From Sphingomonadaceae bacterium (GTDB taxonomy: Bacteria > Pseudomonadota > Alphaproteobacteria > Sphingomonadales > Sphingomonadaceae): a stretch of 64,000 nucleotides of DNA. The position numbers were made by a program, and so were the translations under genes. Positions 1 to 9,360 of the stretch are shown here, one piece after another; positions within the stretch are counted from its first letter, which is position 1; every line of letters starts with the position of its first letter. The DNA is taken from assembly GCA_041621755.1 (NCBI GenBank), contig JBFKAE010000002.1, forward strand, positions 3,087 to 67,086. Direction: 5' to 3'. The notes under the pieces are model-generated. The model was not told where the DNA came from. It saw nothing but the letters and a program-made list of their open reading frames with translations, and did no database searches.

Positions 1-326
1 TCTCAATCTCTTCGGCGGAACGCTGTTCGAGCCGGGCTTCAGCAGGCCGAGGTCTCTTGATCCGGCCACCCGCCCTTCCAGTTCCCCGGCGGAAGTTCCT
101 GTGATCGAACGGGACTCCGCCAATCTGGCACCCGAAAGCAATGCTCCAAGCGAAGGTCGGACACGCGAGGATACGCGAAGCTTGGACACCCAGGACCGCG
201 TGCCGTGATGTGGATAGGACAATCGAAACGCGAAGAACTCGGTTCGTCCCGAAAACGGGCATGGCGTTTTGAACGAGCCAAGTCACCACTGAATGTCAGT
301 GAAACGAACCAGAGTGGAGAGCGACA

Positions 327-626
327 ATGAATTCCCAACCGTCTTCACAGCAAGGTATGCTTTGCCCTGTTTGCCGCATTTCCCTTTCGATGTCCGAGCG
401 ACAAGGCGTCGAGATCGACTTCTGCCCTCAATGCCGCGGCGTTTGGCTCGATCGCGGCGAACTCGACAAGATTATTGCGCGATCGGAATGGATAGTGGCT
501 CCACGTACCGGTCGCGCCACTTTGCCACAGGCTGACACCTCGGAACGTGAATCCCGTGCGCATGACCGGTCCGGCCATCACGGACACAGGCGCCGGCGTG
601 GCTTTCTCGCCGATTTGTTCGATTGA
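327..626 (+). CDS. zinc-ribbon (TFIIB-type zf) domain protein
   Basis: 99-aa ORF. CPVC...CPQC zinc ribbon followed by GVWLDRGELDKI and a basic tail ending FLADLFD, typical of small bacterial zf-TFIIB proteins. Confidence 0.6.
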   Translation: MNSQPSSQQGMLCPVCRISLSMSERQGVEIDFCPQCRGVWLDRGELDKIIARSEWIVAPRTGRATLPQADTSERESRAHDRSGHHGHRRRRGFLADLFD

Positions 627-646
627 TCCGGTTTGTGGAGGCGCGC

Positions 647-1132
647 ATGATCGAAGAAAACAACGAGACGATCTTGTATGCGTCACCGGCAAAGGTCTGG
701 CCGGTCCTGTGCAGGTTTGACGACTATAAATATTGGCATCCCTATACCCGGCCCACTGGTCTGCCGGTTCCGAAGAGTGTCGTCCAATGTTCCTTCAGGA
801 TCGATCCGCGCAAGGACCGATTCTGGACCATGAATGCAGTAGTGGCCGAGTGCGACGAAAGCACTCGGCTCGTATTCCAGCTTCGTCTTGGCTGGCTGAT
901 GACGCTCGAGGAGCGCTTCTCGATGGGCCATGATCCGGTCGGCTCGAAATTGGTTCATAGCTACCGATGCACCGGGCTCCTCTCTCTTCTGCCGCTCAGG
1001 GGGCTGCGGCGAAACTTCCAGGGAATGCTGAAGGCAACGGATCGTCTCTTGCAAAGACGGCTGACGCGTGTGCTGTCGAAGCCAAAATCCAGCAGGCCCC
1101 AGGTTCGCAAGGGCTTTCGCCCTGATCGATAG
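647..1132 (+). CDS. SRPBCC (polyketide cyclase/dehydrase-like) family protein
   Basis: ORF 623..1132. The ATG at 647 is preceded by GGAGG. N-terminus ASPAKVWPVLCRFDDYKYWHP resembles the SRPBCC fold signature. Confidence 0.55.
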   Translation: MIEENNETILYASPAKVWPVLCRFDDYKYWHPYTRPTGLPVPKSVVQCSFRIDPRKDRFWTMNAVVAECDESTRLVFQLRLGWLMTLEERFSMGHDPVGSKLVHSYRCTGLLSLLPLRGLRRNFQGMLKATDRLLQRRLTRVLSKPKSSRPQVRKGFRPDR

Positions 1133-1370
1133 GAAGGATATGAGCACAGGCCAATCTGCACTGGTTGAAGGGAATGTGTGCCGAGAGATCGGCAATTCCG
1201 CCCCTGCAACCTTTTTTTGGTCCTCGGGAAGAGGTGGAAAGGCTCCGCAAGACGAGACCACTCCGCCTGCGCAGGACCACGCCGTGGGCACGCCTACCGC
1301 CCCCGCGTGCCCACGGCGACACCATTGTTGCATATTCGCACAAATAATCGTCGGGAGAGTGAGTTGCACT

Positions 1371-1754
1371 ATGACCCAGGGACTTAAAGCGCGTAAATTT
1401 GACGCGTATAGCGCCGGAGCGCGGATCGTCCTTCCTATTCTGGTCGCCGGCTTGGTGGCTGCGTGCTCCGGCGCAGGAACCGATGATCAGCGCGGCTCGG
1501 ACAACGGCTCGATACCGCCCATCGTAGAAAGCCATTCCTATCGCTGTGGGGACGGGCAGGTGCTATACATCGACATCCTTCAAGACGGCTTGTCGATGAT
1601 GGTGCGCCGATCGCCGGATGGTCCATCACTGCGTTTGTCAGCCGCGGCACAGGGTCGAATTTTTCTGGGAGAGCGGATGAACATCACGCTCTCGGGAAAG
1701 GATCTGACGCTTGAAGAAACCGACCGCGAGCCGATCCTGTGCAAGCGCGGCTGA
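1371..1754 (+). CDS. lipoprotein, possibly MliC-like (tentative)
   Basis: Internal ATG at 1371 of ORF 1068..1754 gives a signal peptide with lipobox LVAAC. The mature part has the pattern Y-x-C-GDG...C reminiscent of C-type lysozyme inhibitor domains. Confidence 0.45.
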   Translation: MTQGLKARKFDAYSAGARIVLPILVAGLVAACSGAGTDDQRGSDNGSIPPIVESHSYRCGDGQVLYIDILQDGLSMMVRRSPDGPSLRLSAAAQGRIFLGERMNITLSGKDLTLEETDREPILCKRG

Positions 1755-1834
1755 AAACCTCCACGCCGTTGGAAGCACACGGGCGCGACGCAGGTTCCGG
1801 GAGACGCCTCCACATCCGCGGAAGGTGTAAAACC

Positions 1835-2254
1835 ATGAGCACGATCCATTTGCCGGGAAACCGCGCGCTCTCTTTGGCCTGCGTTCTATTTCTCTCCGCC
1901 TGCAGCTACGGTCCGCGATTGGGAACCACCGTCATTACACTCCCCGGCAGGCAACTGGCCATTTACGGCGTCAAGACCTACGCACATGAAAAAGGTCTAC
2001 TCGTAACCGGAAGGGTCAGGCGGCAGGCACCACTCTTTCGTCCCATCTGGGGCCATCTTCACGTCCAGGGCCTGTTTGAGGATCGCCGCCCGCCGGTGAG
2101 CGTCGATACACGATGGGGGACGCTTTCACCGCGTGGCAGCAAGTCGGCGACCTTTACCGCGCTCCTCCGCACACCAACGCCGCTCGAGATCAAGTCAGTC
2201 AGGGTTGAGTATCGTGCCGCGCCGGACCGACAAAAACCTGTCCGGCTCGATTGA
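1835..2254 (+). CDS. hypothetical lipoprotein
   Basis: Internal ATG at 1835 of ORF 1739..2254. Signal peptide with lipobox LSAC. No recognisable domain. Confidence 0.45.
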   Translation: MSTIHLPGNRALSLACVLFLSACSYGPRLGTTVITLPGRQLAIYGVKTYAHEKGLLVTGRVRRQAPLFRPIWGHLHVQGLFEDRRPPVSVDTRWGTLSPRGSKSATFTALLRTPTPLEIKSVRVEYRAAPDRQKPVRLD

Positions 2255-2386
2255 GATGTGCGGGGTGTAAGATTGCGAGGCCTCAGATGGCGAGGATCCG
2301 AGTACCGGCTTGTTAGTTCATTTCGCTAGAGCGTTTCAGAACGAGGAATTATTAGAATCAAAACGCCTTTCGTATGGAGATGGTCC

Positions 2387-3190
2387 GTGAGTTTTCGGGA
2401 TATAGTTATAGACGCGTGCCCCAAGAATAACATTGAGCAGACGCTTGAACTGGCGCGTGCGTTTGCCGTCGCGTTTGATGCAAAGTTGTTCGTCGCTGCC
2501 TATGCTTGGCCAAAGGCGCGTTTCACGGATGCCCTTTCAGGGAATAACCTATCTGTTCAGATGAACGCGCAGAAGATGCAGGAATCCCTGGATTCTTCGA
2601 GAACAGCGTTCACAAAAGTGTTCCTGGACACATCGATTGACGTGGAATGGTGTGAGGGGATCCGTGACCCGGCCAGCGCCCTGCAAGAGCACCTTTTGGC
2701 CGCCGATCTTCTGATTACCAGCGTATCTGAGGACAATGGCTGTGTTATGGCTGAACCAGCCGAGCTTGCGCTGAATTCGGGGACACCCGTGCTACGGACA
2801 GGCGGGGCCTTAACGACATGCCATTTTTCCAATGTTCTTGTGGCGTGGAAAGATTGCCCGCAGGCGCGGCGCGCCTTGCACGATGCATTGCCGATCCTGG
2901 AGCGCGCGGACAAGGTGACCGTCGTCGGTGTGGGAGACGAAATAAACGGCCCGCGCCTTGAATCGGTTGCCGCGCATCTAAGTCGACATAACGTTTCAGC
3001 TGGCCATCTCCACCTTTCGCGTTCCGAATATGGTGTGGGCGCGGATCTGATTTGCCACGCACATCGGGAGACAGCAGATCTGATCGTCGCAGGTGCCTAC
3101 AGTCGCGGACCGATCGCCGAGCGCGTTTGGGGTGGTGTCACCAGAGAGTTGCTCAGGACTGGAGGCCTGTCCTGGTTTATGGCTCATTAG
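2387..3190 (+). CDS. universal stress protein (tandem Usp domains)
   Basis: 267-aa ORF with GTG start after GGAGA. C-terminal ADLIVAGAYSRGPIAERVWGGVTRELL is the UspA ATP-binding-type motif region. Confidence 0.7.
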   Translation: MSFRDIVIDACPKNNIEQTLELARAFAVAFDAKLFVAAYAWPKARFTDALSGNNLSVQMNAQKMQESLDSSRTAFTKVFLDTSIDVEWCEGIRDPASALQEHLLAADLLITSVSEDNGCVMAEPAELALNSGTPVLRTGGALTTCHFSNVLVAWKDCPQARRALHDALPILERADKVTVVGVGDEINGPRLESVAAHLSRHNVSAGHLHLSRSEYGVGADLICHAHRETADLIVAGAYSRGPIAERVWGGVTRELLRTGGLSWFMAH

Positions 3191-3543
3191 ATGCCGTATC
3201 TGCCTGCTCCAGCGAATGCCGAGGATCAAATACATGACATGTCAGAAGCTCTTGAACCACTTGCAAACTTGCCGTGGTTGGCATTCTTTCGCAGGTCCGA
3301 CTTACAGAACCTATCGCAGGTGTCCGGCTGGGACGGAAGGCATGCCCGCCTTTCGGAAAGTCGGCCCGCATTGCGTGGCGCCGAATGCTCTGCCACCTGA
3401 AGGTCTCACCTGAACTCCGCTTTCAGCGAACCTGTAAGATTTCATCCGCTGGCGCGTCTTAGTCCGCTGAATGGACAACGATCAGTATTTCTGCAGGGCA
3501 CAACGCTAGACGCATGCCATTGCACCAACATTAGGGGGATATC

Positions 3544-4191
3544 ATGGGAACATTCGGGTGGGGCCTCGCGGCGATAATGATCGTAGTGGTATCCTGGATA
3601 TTCTACCGATATTTTGCACCGCAGGCTTGGCGGGAATGGGCGGGTGCGGGTCTGGTCCAGGCCTTTATCATCGCACTTTATGCAGAAATGTATGGTTTCC
3701 CGTTGACAATCTACTTGCTGGTGCGTTCGTTTGGCCTCGACAGGGAATATGTCAGCGCAAGCCTTTGGTCGACACTTGCCAGTGTCGGCGAAACGGGCAT
3801 GTTGATTTCGATGATTCTGGGCTACGGCCTCGCATTTATCGGCATAGGTATCTTCATCCAGGGCTGGCGAGAGGTCCATCGCGCTCGTCAAGAGGACCAA
3901 CTCGTGACGGACGGGCTGTACAGGTTCGTCAGGCATCCGCAGTATTTGGGCTTGTTCCTGGCGCTCTTTGGCGAAGGGGTCGTTCACTGGCCGACGCTCT
4001 TCTCGGTTGGCCTGTTCCCTTTGATTGTGATCGCCTATTTCCTTCTTGCGCGCAGCGAGGAACGTCGCATGGTAACCCTGTTCGGAAACGCCTACCGAAC
4101 CTACCAGTCCCGGGTACCGATGTTCATTCCCCGTTGGGGAAAGTGGAGAAACCTGGTGGATGAGGCACAGGGATCCGAGAAAAAACAATAA
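3544..4191 (+). CDS. isoprenylcysteine carboxyl methyltransferase (ICMT)-family membrane methyltransferase
   Basis: 215-aa polytopic ORF with LVTDGLYRFVRHPQYLG...EERRMVTLFGNAYRTYQSRVPMFIP, the ICMT/PEMT family signature. Confidence 0.75.
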   Translation: MGTFGWGLAAIMIVVVSWIFYRYFAPQAWREWAGAGLVQAFIIALYAEMYGFPLTIYLLVRSFGLDREYVSASLWSTLASVGETGMLISMILGYGLAFIGIGIFIQGWREVHRARQEDQLVTDGLYRFVRHPQYLGLFLALFGEGVVHWPTLFSVGLFPLIVIAYFLLARSEERRMVTLFGNAYRTYQSRVPMFIPRWGKWRNLVDEAQGSEKKQ

Positions 4192-4640
4192 GTGTCTGAT
4201 CCCAAGACTCTTACATTTCGTGTTTCTCCGCCCCAAGTTTGGATAAATGGCCTGCTGCTGGACAGCGCGCGCGCCTTCGGCAGCTGGAATATCGCCGCTC
4301 TCCGACCCATTGCCATAGATGTCGCAGATCGGTGTTCCGCCTTTGGATGCTCCGACCGGTCTCGCCCTGGCTACCGGTCCATAGTCTGAAGTAAAGGTCG
4401 CTTTGAAAGTGAACGTCAGACACTGGGGTACGAAAGTGCCCCTTGAACGCCATCCAGTCGCAGACAACCCCCCAGATCGGTACGAAGTCCTTTCCGCAGG
4501 GGCGTGAACTCAATGCGCTCGGCAAAGTCAAGCGGAAACGCGAACAGGCATGCAAGGGACAATAGTTTCAGGGTTGCTGAAGTCCACACGACGAGAGCGT
4601 AGCGCCTTTCAGAGCCATCGCCTTCTGATTATTGAGGACT

Positions 4641-5057
4641 TCACTCGATAGGCATTTCTGCGCCAGCGATCGCTTCGATCACCTGGCAATCTCCAACGCA
4701 GCCCCCCTCACAGGAAACGACGATCTTCGCCAGCACATCGCGCAATGTTTCGAGGCGCGCAATACGCGCTTCAATGTCGAGAAGATGCTTTTCTGCAATA
4801 ACTGTAGCTTCGGCACAATCGCGCTCAGGCTCATCGGCAAGGGCAAGCAGGGAGCGTATCTCATCGATAGAGAAGCCAAGCCCGCGTCCGTGCCGGATGA
4901 ACGCGAGACGACGAACGTCAGCCGTGACATAGGTCCGCCGCCCCGATGCAGTGCGGTTGGGAAGCGGGAGGAGGCCAATTTCCTCGTAAAACCGAATGGT
5001 ATTTACCTTGGTGCCAGTCTGCCGCGCCAGGTCGCCAATCGCCAGCCGCTTCGTCAT
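4641..5057 (-). CDS. MerR-family metal-responsive transcriptional regulator
   Basis: N-terminal HTH IGDLARQTGTKVNTIRFYEEIGLL, coiled-coil dimerisation helix, and C-terminal Cys cluster SCEGGCVGDC. Divergent from a CDF transporter gene. Confidence 0.85.
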   Translation of the reverse strand: MTKRLAIGDLARQTGTKVNTIRFYEEIGLLPLPNRTASGRRTYVTADVRRLAFIRHGRGLGFSIDEIRSLLALADEPERDCAEATVIAEKHLLDIEARIARLETLRDVLAKIVVSCEGGCVGDCQVIEAIAGAEMPIE

Positions 5058-5062
5058 AAGAC

Positions 5063-5093
5063 TTGATCCTCCAGTCGCTGGAGAACTTACGGA
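5063..5093 (+). promoter_or_regulatory. MerR-type promoter/operator candidate 1 (19-bp spacer)
   Basis: TTGATC (5063-5068), then a 19-bp spacer containing the perfect dyad CTCCAG-TCG-CTGGAG (5069-5083), then TACGGA (5088-5093). The layout resembles ZntR/CadR-type operators. Confidence 0.5.
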
Positions 5094-5184
5094 CTTTCAT
5101 GCTTTAATCCAACCGTGTTGCGCCGGGGATGACCGAGTTGATGTGCCGGAAAAAACGCATATCGCGAACGATTCGCAAAAATGC

Positions 5185-5215
5185 TTGCTTCTACAGTAGC
5201 TGGAGCTTGTAGAAG
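5185..5215 (+). promoter_or_regulatory. MerR-type promoter/operator candidate 2 (19-bp spacer)
   Basis: TTGCTT (5185-5190), then 19 bp, then TAGAAG (5210-5215). It overlaps the inverted repeat CTTCTACA (5188-5195) / TGTAGAAG (5208-5215). It ends 6 nt before the CDF ATG. Confidence 0.35.
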
Positions 5216-5221
5216 GCGGCC

Positions 5222-5866
5222 ATGGTGGATTCGAATCAATCAGGCGGCTGCGGCTGCACCGGAGACAGCAATCGCGCTGAACACGATCCAGCGTATCGGC
5301 GAGCGTTGTGGATCGTCTTGCTGCTCAATCTGGGCTTCGGCGCATGCGAGATCGTCGGCGGGTTCATTGCCGACAGTCAGGCGCTCAAGGCCGATGCGCT
5401 CGACTTCATCGGGGACGGGACAATCACGTTTGTCGGACTGATTGCACTCGGCTGGGCTGCGGCGGCGCGCGCGCGCATCGCGCTCGTGCAGGGAATATTC
5501 CTTATGACCCTCGGTCTTGGCGTGATCGGGGTCGCATTCTGGCGCGCACTGACCGCCGTTGCTCCCGATGCCGATCTGATGGGGGGCATCGGTATTATCG
5601 CGCTTGTCATCAATGTCGCATCGGCATTCGTCCTTTCACGCTTCCGTGAAGGTGATGCGAATGTCCGTGCGGTCTGGCTGTTCAGCCGTAACGACGCCCT
5701 CGCCAATGTTGCCGTGATCGCGGCTGCCGGCCTGGTCGCCTTGACCAACAGCGCCTGGCCCGACCTGACGGTCGCCGCCGTGATTGCGGCGCTCTTCCTT
5801 CATTCCGCCTTCGAGATTCTCCGCAGTGCGCGTGCCGAGCTGCATCAACTGGCTCTGGCGTCCTGA
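5222..5866 (+). CDS. cation diffusion facilitator (CDF) family transporter, short form
   Basis: 214-aa ORF. Cys/His-rich N-terminus (GGCGC), TM2 motif ALKADALDFIGDG, and six predicted TM segments. It appears to lack the usual C-terminal cytoplasmic domain. Confidence 0.75.
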   Translation: MVDSNQSGGCGCTGDSNRAEHDPAYRRALWIVLLLNLGFGACEIVGGFIADSQALKADALDFIGDGTITFVGLIALGWAAAARARIALVQGIFLMTLGLGVIGVAFWRALTAVAPDADLMGGIGIIALVINVASAFVLSRFREGDANVRAVWLFSRNDALANVAVIAAAGLVALTNSAWPDLTVAAVIAALFLHSAFEILRSARAELHQLALAS

Positions 5867-5883
5867 CCTTCGGAGTTTCACGC

Positions 5884-7824
5884 GTGCCTGTCCCATTCCG
5901 CCTTCGCTTTCTTGTCAGCCTTCTGACCGTATTTGCCGGTCTCATGCTCAATCCCGCTGGCGCGCGGGCGGAAGCCGGTGAGGCTCAGACCGTTTGGAGA
6001 CTGCTCGATTATGTGGCAGTCGATTACGGTGGCGCAGTGTCGAACGGTCGCGTCACCAGCTCGGCTGAATATGCCGAGATGACCGAGTTCTCCGCGACGA
6101 TCCGGAGCGGCATCGCGGCGCTTCCCGCGAAGGCCGAGCGCGCGCGGCTCATTGTCGAAGCGGAAGGGCTCCAGACCGCAATAGCGTCCAAGGCAGCCCC
6201 TGATATTGTCGCGCTAAAGGCACGCTCTCTGGCAAGCGACCTGCTCGCTGCTTATCCGGTGCCACTCGCGCCAGCAAAGGCTCCTGATCCGGCTCGTGGC
6301 GCGGCGCTCTACGCAGAGAATTGTGCAAGTTGCCACGGCGCAAACGGCGATGGCCACGGTCCGCAGGCCGCAGGGCTCGACCCGCCGCCGATCGCCTTCA
6401 CTGATACTGAGCGCGCGCGCAAGCGCAGCCTGTTCGCGCTTTACCAGGTGATCGATCAGGGACTCGACGGCACTGCCATGCAGAGCTTCGCGGACATGCC
6501 CTCCCAAGATAGGTGGGCGCTGGCAACCTATGTAGGAAGCCTGGCTTTCAAGAATGCGGCTGCCGGTGAGCGCTTCTGGAAAAGCGACCTGGCCCTGCGC
6601 CAGCGCATCCCCGACCTCCAGACCTTGGCCACCATGACGCCCGAGAACCTTGGCCGCACCATCGACCAGGACAAGGCCGACGCCGCCATGGGCTATCTGC
6701 GTGCGAACCCGCAGGCACTCAACATGGCGACGCCAGCTTCGCTCACTGTCGCGCGCGAAAAGCTCAGGCAGAGCCTCGCTGCCTATCGCGAGGGCGACAG
6801 GCAAGCAGCCAAGCGGTTGGCTCTCTCCGCCTATCTCGACGGGTTCGAGCCGGTGGAGCCAATCCTGGCGGCGCGAGACGCGACGCTCATGGCGCGTATC
6901 GAGGGTGCGATGGGCGAATACCGGGCCGCAATCAGACGCGGTGTCACCGCTGAGGAGCTTGCCGGAAAAGAAGCTGTGCTTGAAAGCCTGTTTGCGGATG
7001 TTGAGGCTGTTCTTTCACCCGATGCGGCGAACGACGCTTCGACCTTTATCGGTGCGCTCACCATCCTCTTGCGTGAAGGACTAGAGGCGCTGCTGATCGT
7101 CGTCGCGATGATCGCCTTTCTTCGCAAGGCCGACCGACCCGAAGTGCTGCCCTATGTTCATGGCGGTTGGATTGCGGCGCTCGTTGCGGGCGGAGCGACC
7201 TGGGCGGTCGCCACTTATGCGATCGGGATCAGCGGCGCGAGCCGGGAACTCACGGAAGGCTTCGGCTCGCTCTTTGCGGCGGTAGTGCTCGTCTCTGTCG
7301 GAATCTGGATGCATGGCAAGTCGCAAGCCGAGAGCTGGCAGCGCTACATAGATAAGGTGCTGGGCAAGGCTCTGTCACGCAGTTCGGCGTGGTTCCTATT
7401 CGGTCTCGCTTTCCTTGTCGTCTATCGCGAAGCCTTCGAGACGATCCTTTTCTTCGCGGCGTTGGCGGCGCAGGGACGCGGCAGCGTCATCGCGGCAGGT
7501 ACTGCCGCTGCAATTGCGGTTCTCGCGGCAATCGCCTGGGCCATGCTGCGCTACAGCCGTTCGCTGCCCATCGGGAAATTCTTCACTTACAGTTCGGCAC
7601 TCATCGCCGTCCTCGCGGTGGTTCTCGCCGGCAAGGGGACGGCTGCACTTCAAGAAGCAGGCCTGATCGACATCACGCCGGTCGCATATGTGCCCAGACT
7701 GTCGATGCTCGGCATTTTTCCCGCATTGCAGCCGCTGCTTCTCCAGCTTCTGACGGTTGTGAGCCTTTGGATCGGGTTCTGGTACAACGGACGCAAAAAT
7801 GTCGTTCGTAGCGCTGTTGAATAG
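5884..7824 (+). CDS. cytochrome c / FTR1-family iron permease fusion
   Basis: 646-aa ORF with GTG start. Signal peptide, haem-binding CASCH, and two REXXE motifs (REGLEALL, REAFETIL) in a C-terminal polytopic FTR1/EfeU-like domain. Confidence 0.85.
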   Translation: MPVPFRLRFLVSLLTVFAGLMLNPAGARAEAGEAQTVWRLLDYVAVDYGGAVSNGRVTSSAEYAEMTEFSATIRSGIAALPAKAERARLIVEAEGLQTAIASKAAPDIVALKARSLASDLLAAYPVPLAPAKAPDPARGAALYAENCASCHGANGDGHGPQAAGLDPPPIAFTDTERARKRSLFALYQVIDQGLDGTAMQSFADMPSQDRWALATYVGSLAFKNAAAGERFWKSDLALRQRIPDLQTLATMTPENLGRTIDQDKADAAMGYLRANPQALNMATPASLTVAREKLRQSLAAYREGDRQAAKRLALSAYLDGFEPVEPILAARDATLMARIEGAMGEYRAAIRRGVTAEELAGKEAVLESLFADVEAVLSPDAANDASTFIGALTILLREGLEALLIVVAMIAFLRKADRPEVLPYVHGGWIAALVAGGATWAVATYAIGISGASRELTEGFGSLFAAVVLVSVGIWMHGKSQAESWQRYIDKVLGKALSRSSAWFLFGLAFLVVYREAFETILFFAALAAQGRGSVIAAGTAAAIAVLAAIAWAMLRYSRSLPIGKFFTYSSALIAVLAVVLAGKGTAALQEAGLIDITPVAYVPRLSMLGIFPALQPLLLQLLTVVSLWIGFWYNGRKNVVRSAVE

Positions 7825-8112
7825 AGATGCTGCGGCGCGCCGCTCCCCGCGCAACGTCGTGCAAGCAGACGCAACGCCGGGAGAATTTGCCATGATGGTG
7901 TTTGCCATTTTGTTGGGCAACCCTTCCGCTCTTGAAAGCGCCCATGCTGAAGGCCTTCCACGTCGACGCCGGCGGTCAGAATGATCGGAAATTTCAGCCA
8001 GTCCTGACAGGTCATCCCCAAGAAATCACCGACTCTTCAAAGGTTGCTCAACGCCTGTCAGTTGGAATATCCTCTATCTCCGATCAGACATCGTAGTCAC
8101 CAAGGTATTCTC

Positions 8113-9060
8113 ATGCATCACAACGACGTGAGCGACTTTGCTCATAGCCACAATTTCCTGAGCGCCTATCACGACGTCAACGAGCGCCGGACGCGGTATG
8201 TCGTAATGCTGACCGCAGCGATGATGTTCGTCGAGATCGTCGCTGGAATGTTGACCGGATCTATGGCTCTCCTTGCCGATGGCATTCACATGGCGACGCA
8301 TGCTGGCGCGCTTGGAGTTGCAGCTTTCGCGTACTGGTTTGCCCGGCGACACGCTGACAATCCCAGGTTCACCCTTGGAACCGGAAAAATTGGCGACCTC
8401 GCAGGATTTGCCAGTGCGTTGGTATTGGCGATCTTCGCCATCGGGATCGCTGTCGAGTCATTCCAACGCCTCATTAGCCCTCAGGCAATTGCTTACAGCG
8501 AGGCCATCTGGATTGCGGTCCTCGGGCTTCTCGTCAATCTACTGAGCGCTTGGCTATTAGGTGCCGCTCATCACCATGTGCACGGACACGATCACGGTCA
8601 CGACCACACGCATACCGACAACAACCTGCGATCCGCATATTTTCATGTTCTGGCCGATGCACTGACCTCCGTATTGGCAATCATTGCACTATTTGCCGGT
8701 CGATATCTCGGCTGGGCTTGGATGGATGCTGCGATTGGTCTTGTCGGAGCGCTGGTTATCGGGCGATGGTCATGGTCCTTGCTGCGGGATACCGCGGCTG
8801 TGCTGGTCGATGCCGATGCCGACAGCGCCCAATTCGCGGAGGTCCGTGAGACCATCGAAGATGGAGACGCGTCGGTCACCGACCTGCACATCTGGCGAGT
8901 AGGACCTGGGAAATTTGCTGCGGTTGTTTCGCTCGTTGCCGCCGAACCCTTGGAACCGACGGAGTATGCCGCCCGACTCTTGATTCACGAGGAGTATGTC
9001 CACGTCACCGTCGAAATTCATAAATGCCGGGGCGAGCACCCTGAACTCAAGGCGGCTTAA
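8113..9060 (+). CDS. dmeF: CDF-family Co/Ni/Zn efflux transporter, DmeF-like
   Basis: ATG at 8113 inside ORF 8044..9060. FAHSHNF N-terminus, SMALLADGIHMATH TM2 motif, and His-rich loop HHHVHGHDHGHDHTHTD. Confidence 0.75.
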   Translation: MHHNDVSDFAHSHNFLSAYHDVNERRTRYVVMLTAAMMFVEIVAGMLTGSMALLADGIHMATHAGALGVAAFAYWFARRHADNPRFTLGTGKIGDLAGFASALVLAIFAIGIAVESFQRLISPQAIAYSEAIWIAVLGLLVNLLSAWLLGAAHHHVHGHDHGHDHTHTDNNLRSAYFHVLADALTSVLAIIALFAGRYLGWAWMDAAIGLVGALVIGRWSWSLLRDTAAVLVDADADSAQFAEVRETIEDGDASVTDLHIWRVGPGKFAAVVSLVAAEPLEPTEYAARLLIHEEYVHVTVEIHKCRGEHPELKAA

Positions 9061-9073
9061 TCAGTTCGGTTCC

Positions 9074-9118
9074 CCGCGAGTGTAGAGCCTCCAGCCAGCA
9101 CTCTCGCGGCCTTTTTTT
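9074..9118 (+). terminator. Rho-independent terminator candidate after the dmeF-like gene
   Basis: Stem CCGCGAG (9074-9080) / CTCGCGG (9103-9109), followed by the run TTTTTTT (9112-9118). Confidence 0.5.
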
Positions 9119-9360
9119 GCCTACGCAACTTGCTGGCGAACGAAGGCGTTGATGATGAGCCACGCCGCGCATTCCTCGTCTATCGCTTCGGCCACAATCG
9201 CTCAATGTACCAAATTCTTGCTGCGACTTGAAAGCCGGTTCCGGACTGCGGCACAGCTCCTGTTGTCCGCAACTGCAGGAAAGCCCCATAACATTATTGC
9301 AATCCATTCTCATTAGCACTAATTGGCTGCGGATCAATCACGCACCAACAGGGGGATTCC

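Noticed and set aside
1-326. Possible 3' end of a gene entering from the left edge, and the 99-aa minus ORF 39..338
   Set aside because: Frame 2 is open to about 208 but encodes a Pro/Ser/Arg-rich tail with no recognisable domain. The minus ORF is Arg/Ser/Pro-rich with no RBS. There is insufficient evidence for either.
4192-4640. Possible small lipoprotein gene or pseudogene on the minus strand between the ICMT-like gene and merR
   Set aside because: A GTG-initiated frame gives MWTSATLKLLSLAC..., which is lipobox-like, but it stops after about 57 codons. A beta-rich continuation (TFTFKATFTSDYGP...) is in another frame. This could be a frameshifted relic, but without homology evidence I cannot support a feature.
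9281-9330. Fur-box-like AT-rich segment upstream of the TonB-dependent receptor
   Set aside because: ATTATTGCAATCCATTCTCATTAGCACTAATT has only loose similarity to the GATAATGATAATCATTATC consensus and no clean dyad. It is suggestive of iron regulation but too weak to annotate.
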